Source of the DNA: Ascoidea asiatica JCM 7603
Taxonomy: Eukaryota; Fungi; Ascomycota
Length of the DNA stretch: 8,304 bases
Assembly: GCA_001600695.1 (NCBI GenBank)
Contig: BCKQ01000003.1
Location: 497,426 to 505,729 of the forward strand
Direction of reading: 5' to 3'
Under the pieces are notes generated by a model, which saw only the letters and a list, made by a program, of their open reading frames with translations, had not been told where the DNA came from and did not search any database. Made by a program: the position numbers and the translations under genes. Each line of letters opens with the position of its first letter. The first letter of the stretch is position 1. Of this stretch, positions 6,760-8,304 are shown piece after piece.

Positions 6760-8304
6760 CTGGTTCCTAAGGGTCCCGGACAACTGTCAATAATTCTCGG
6801 TGATTCCAAAAAGTCCCAGAATGCCCTCTAGAATCAGGATCGGAAATAAGTTTACCTTGTGAAAAGTGTTTTAAAATTTGCTTAAAAATCGATTGAACTT
6901 CCCATTTGAACTTTACCATAGCGCACACGATCGACCTACTTATGATTGGGGTAGACAATCAAACTAGTTGGCAGGATTAACCTTCAAACGTGAAGTCTGG
7001 ACTCAGAATCAATTCTCAAGGGACTAGCTACACTAAGCTCCTGTTAATTCCAAAAAGATTGGGTATACCGAGTGAAAATTATACCGTGATTCACATGAAA
7101 GAAAGCGTACCCAATGCAACCATACCGAAGACCTCCGTGCGCCGATCCTACTGTCGCTCGCAATTAACATCTATCCGGATAGGCGCTGAATCTTGACAGC
7201 TCTTTTATTCTTCGCGTAGAAACAGACTTAGCCTGGATGTGATCTTAAAGATTTTACGTGTACGGCGGGTGCCAGTCTCAGGATTGTTGGTGGATTGCAC
7301 CCCGCACCTCAACTAACTCCAACTGTCCTATGCCAAGTGCCTAGACTATGATACGATGTTCGAGTCTGTGCGTACCGGACCAAGACTCATACAACGTTAT
7401 GTGCGTTCATGTACTCTTCTTGAAACTTTTTGCTTGTCTATGCAACAATATGTACATTTATGCCTAATTATGCAGTTTTGCATAATTGTAGCTAATGTAT
7501 GCACGTTATTGTACAACACATTATTCTGTTACCGCTACTAAAGATACGTGTCTTTCAGACTTTCACCATCTATGGTGTTAGTACCAATATATGCCCTAGC
7601 GTATATATAAAAGTGTATTATTTCAAATTTTTTTTATCCCTCGGGATAGTTGTTTCCTATTTGTCGTTTATTAACGTTTGCAAACGTGCGGTTCAAAGCA
7701 GCAGTGTAGTTGAGCAGACTTAATGAATTAACTTTCAATATGGTTTCGGGATTTTGTTTTTAGTTATAAATTGCGTTTTGATGTGGAAATATTTTTTCAG
7801 AAATATACTACTCTGACAGCACTTTTTTGATATGTTGTTATAATTACTAATTTATGCCTGGATGTCAATGTAATACCACGTGAGGTGATATAGTGTAGAG
7901 GCACAGGCCTGGAGCTATAAAGTTGGCCCACGGGCTAGTAGTCCAAGGGGATAAGGCCTTGTACCTATTATGACTACGGGACAAAGAAATGCTTCTTGGG
8001 ATACAGTCTCGGCGATAGTATTCTTTTAAGGCCAAGCACTGGGCGTCAATAGTCCCGCGGTACTGGTTTACACGTTCGTAATCACGTATTCACAGCCGAC
8101 GCGTGACCCTTAACAGTGAATATGCATTGCCTACATACATGTTAGATGTAACATGGAGATACTTGAAGTATCCTCCAGGTACAATGCTCCATGACATTGG
8201 TCAGATCCACTGGCCTCGTCCCGGTTAGGTAAGTGATTATGTAATCAGGAAGACCGGAACTTGATTGCGGTATACTCAAAGAATTCGGATATACGGACAG
8301 CTTA
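6760..8304. other. Compositionally distinct, GC-richer, hairpin-rich, apparently non-coding segment of unknown identity
   Basis: Sample 60-nt lines give G+C of 25/60 (6781), 31/60 (7141) and 32/60 (7921), versus 9/60 (1), 21/60 (2221) and 14/60 (4501) upstream. CpG is frequent. No protein motif was recognised in the frames examined. There are at least 10 short inverted repeats. Confidence 0.6.
7431..7487. repeat. Degenerate 10-bp tandem array ending in a 9-bp-stem inverted repeat
   Basis: Consecutive decamers TGCTTGTCTA, TGCAACAATA, TGTACATTTA, TGCCTAATTA (consensus TGYnnnnnTA), then TGCA. AATTATGCA-gttt-TGCATAATT lies at 7466-7487. Confidence 0.45.

Noticed and set aside
6767-7723. Supplied ORFs 6767-6958(-), 6990-7196, 7356-7541 and 7499-7723
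   Set aside because: They are short, mostly have non-ATG starts and show no recognisable domains, consistent with chance ORFs.
6803-7865. Short direct repeats ATTCCAAAAAG (6803, 7047) and GCCTGGATGT (7231, 7856) as a CRISPR-like array or target-site duplications
   Set aside because: There are only two copies each, 10-11 bp long, with no regular spacing or extended similarity.
7965-8015. Group I intron-like R/S elements (GACTA ... GATACAGTC)
   Set aside because: P7 would contain an A-C mismatch, and no convincing P, Q or P3 partner was found.
7847-8224. 125-codon minus-strand frame that is open if TGA=Trp (PGRGQWIWPMSW...HPGIN)
   Set aside because: No recognisable motif, codon style unlike the other frames (4 TGG versus 3 TGA), and the length is only borderline for ~45-50% GC DNA with two stop codons.
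6760-8304. Hammerhead or HDV-like ribozyme
   Set aside because: No CTGAnGA...GAAA core or HDV-type L3/P1.1 arrangement was found by eye on either strand.

Overview
AT-rich, eukaryote-like stretch of decayed transposable elements, with no intact gene. (1) About 95-475 on the minus strand is a fragment of a non-LTR (LINE) reverse transcriptase: an FNYDKC motif followed by KFLGV. (2) About 814-6650 on the plus strand is a heavily decayed Ty1/Copia LTR retrotransposon. It has a tRNA-iMet-type primer-binding site (TGGTATCA) just before an ATG, then a very long (~1000 codon) gag-position region. A dead aspartic protease, a clear GAG-pre-integrase/rve integrase and a long Ser/Asn-rich linker follow. 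No convincing RT, RNase H or 3' LTR is visible. (3) About 6760-8304 switches to GC-richer, CpG-containing, apparently non-coding DNA with many short palindromes and hairpins. The most striking signal is that TGA behaves like a Trp codon in the reconstructed frames: about 17 in-frame TGA versus 1 TGG in the Copia frames, including a conserved integrase Trp. This suggests the elements replicated in a host whose nuclear code reads UGA as Trp. The supplied short ORFs are mostly fragments of these pseudogenes or chance ORFs. All translations and counts were done by eye.
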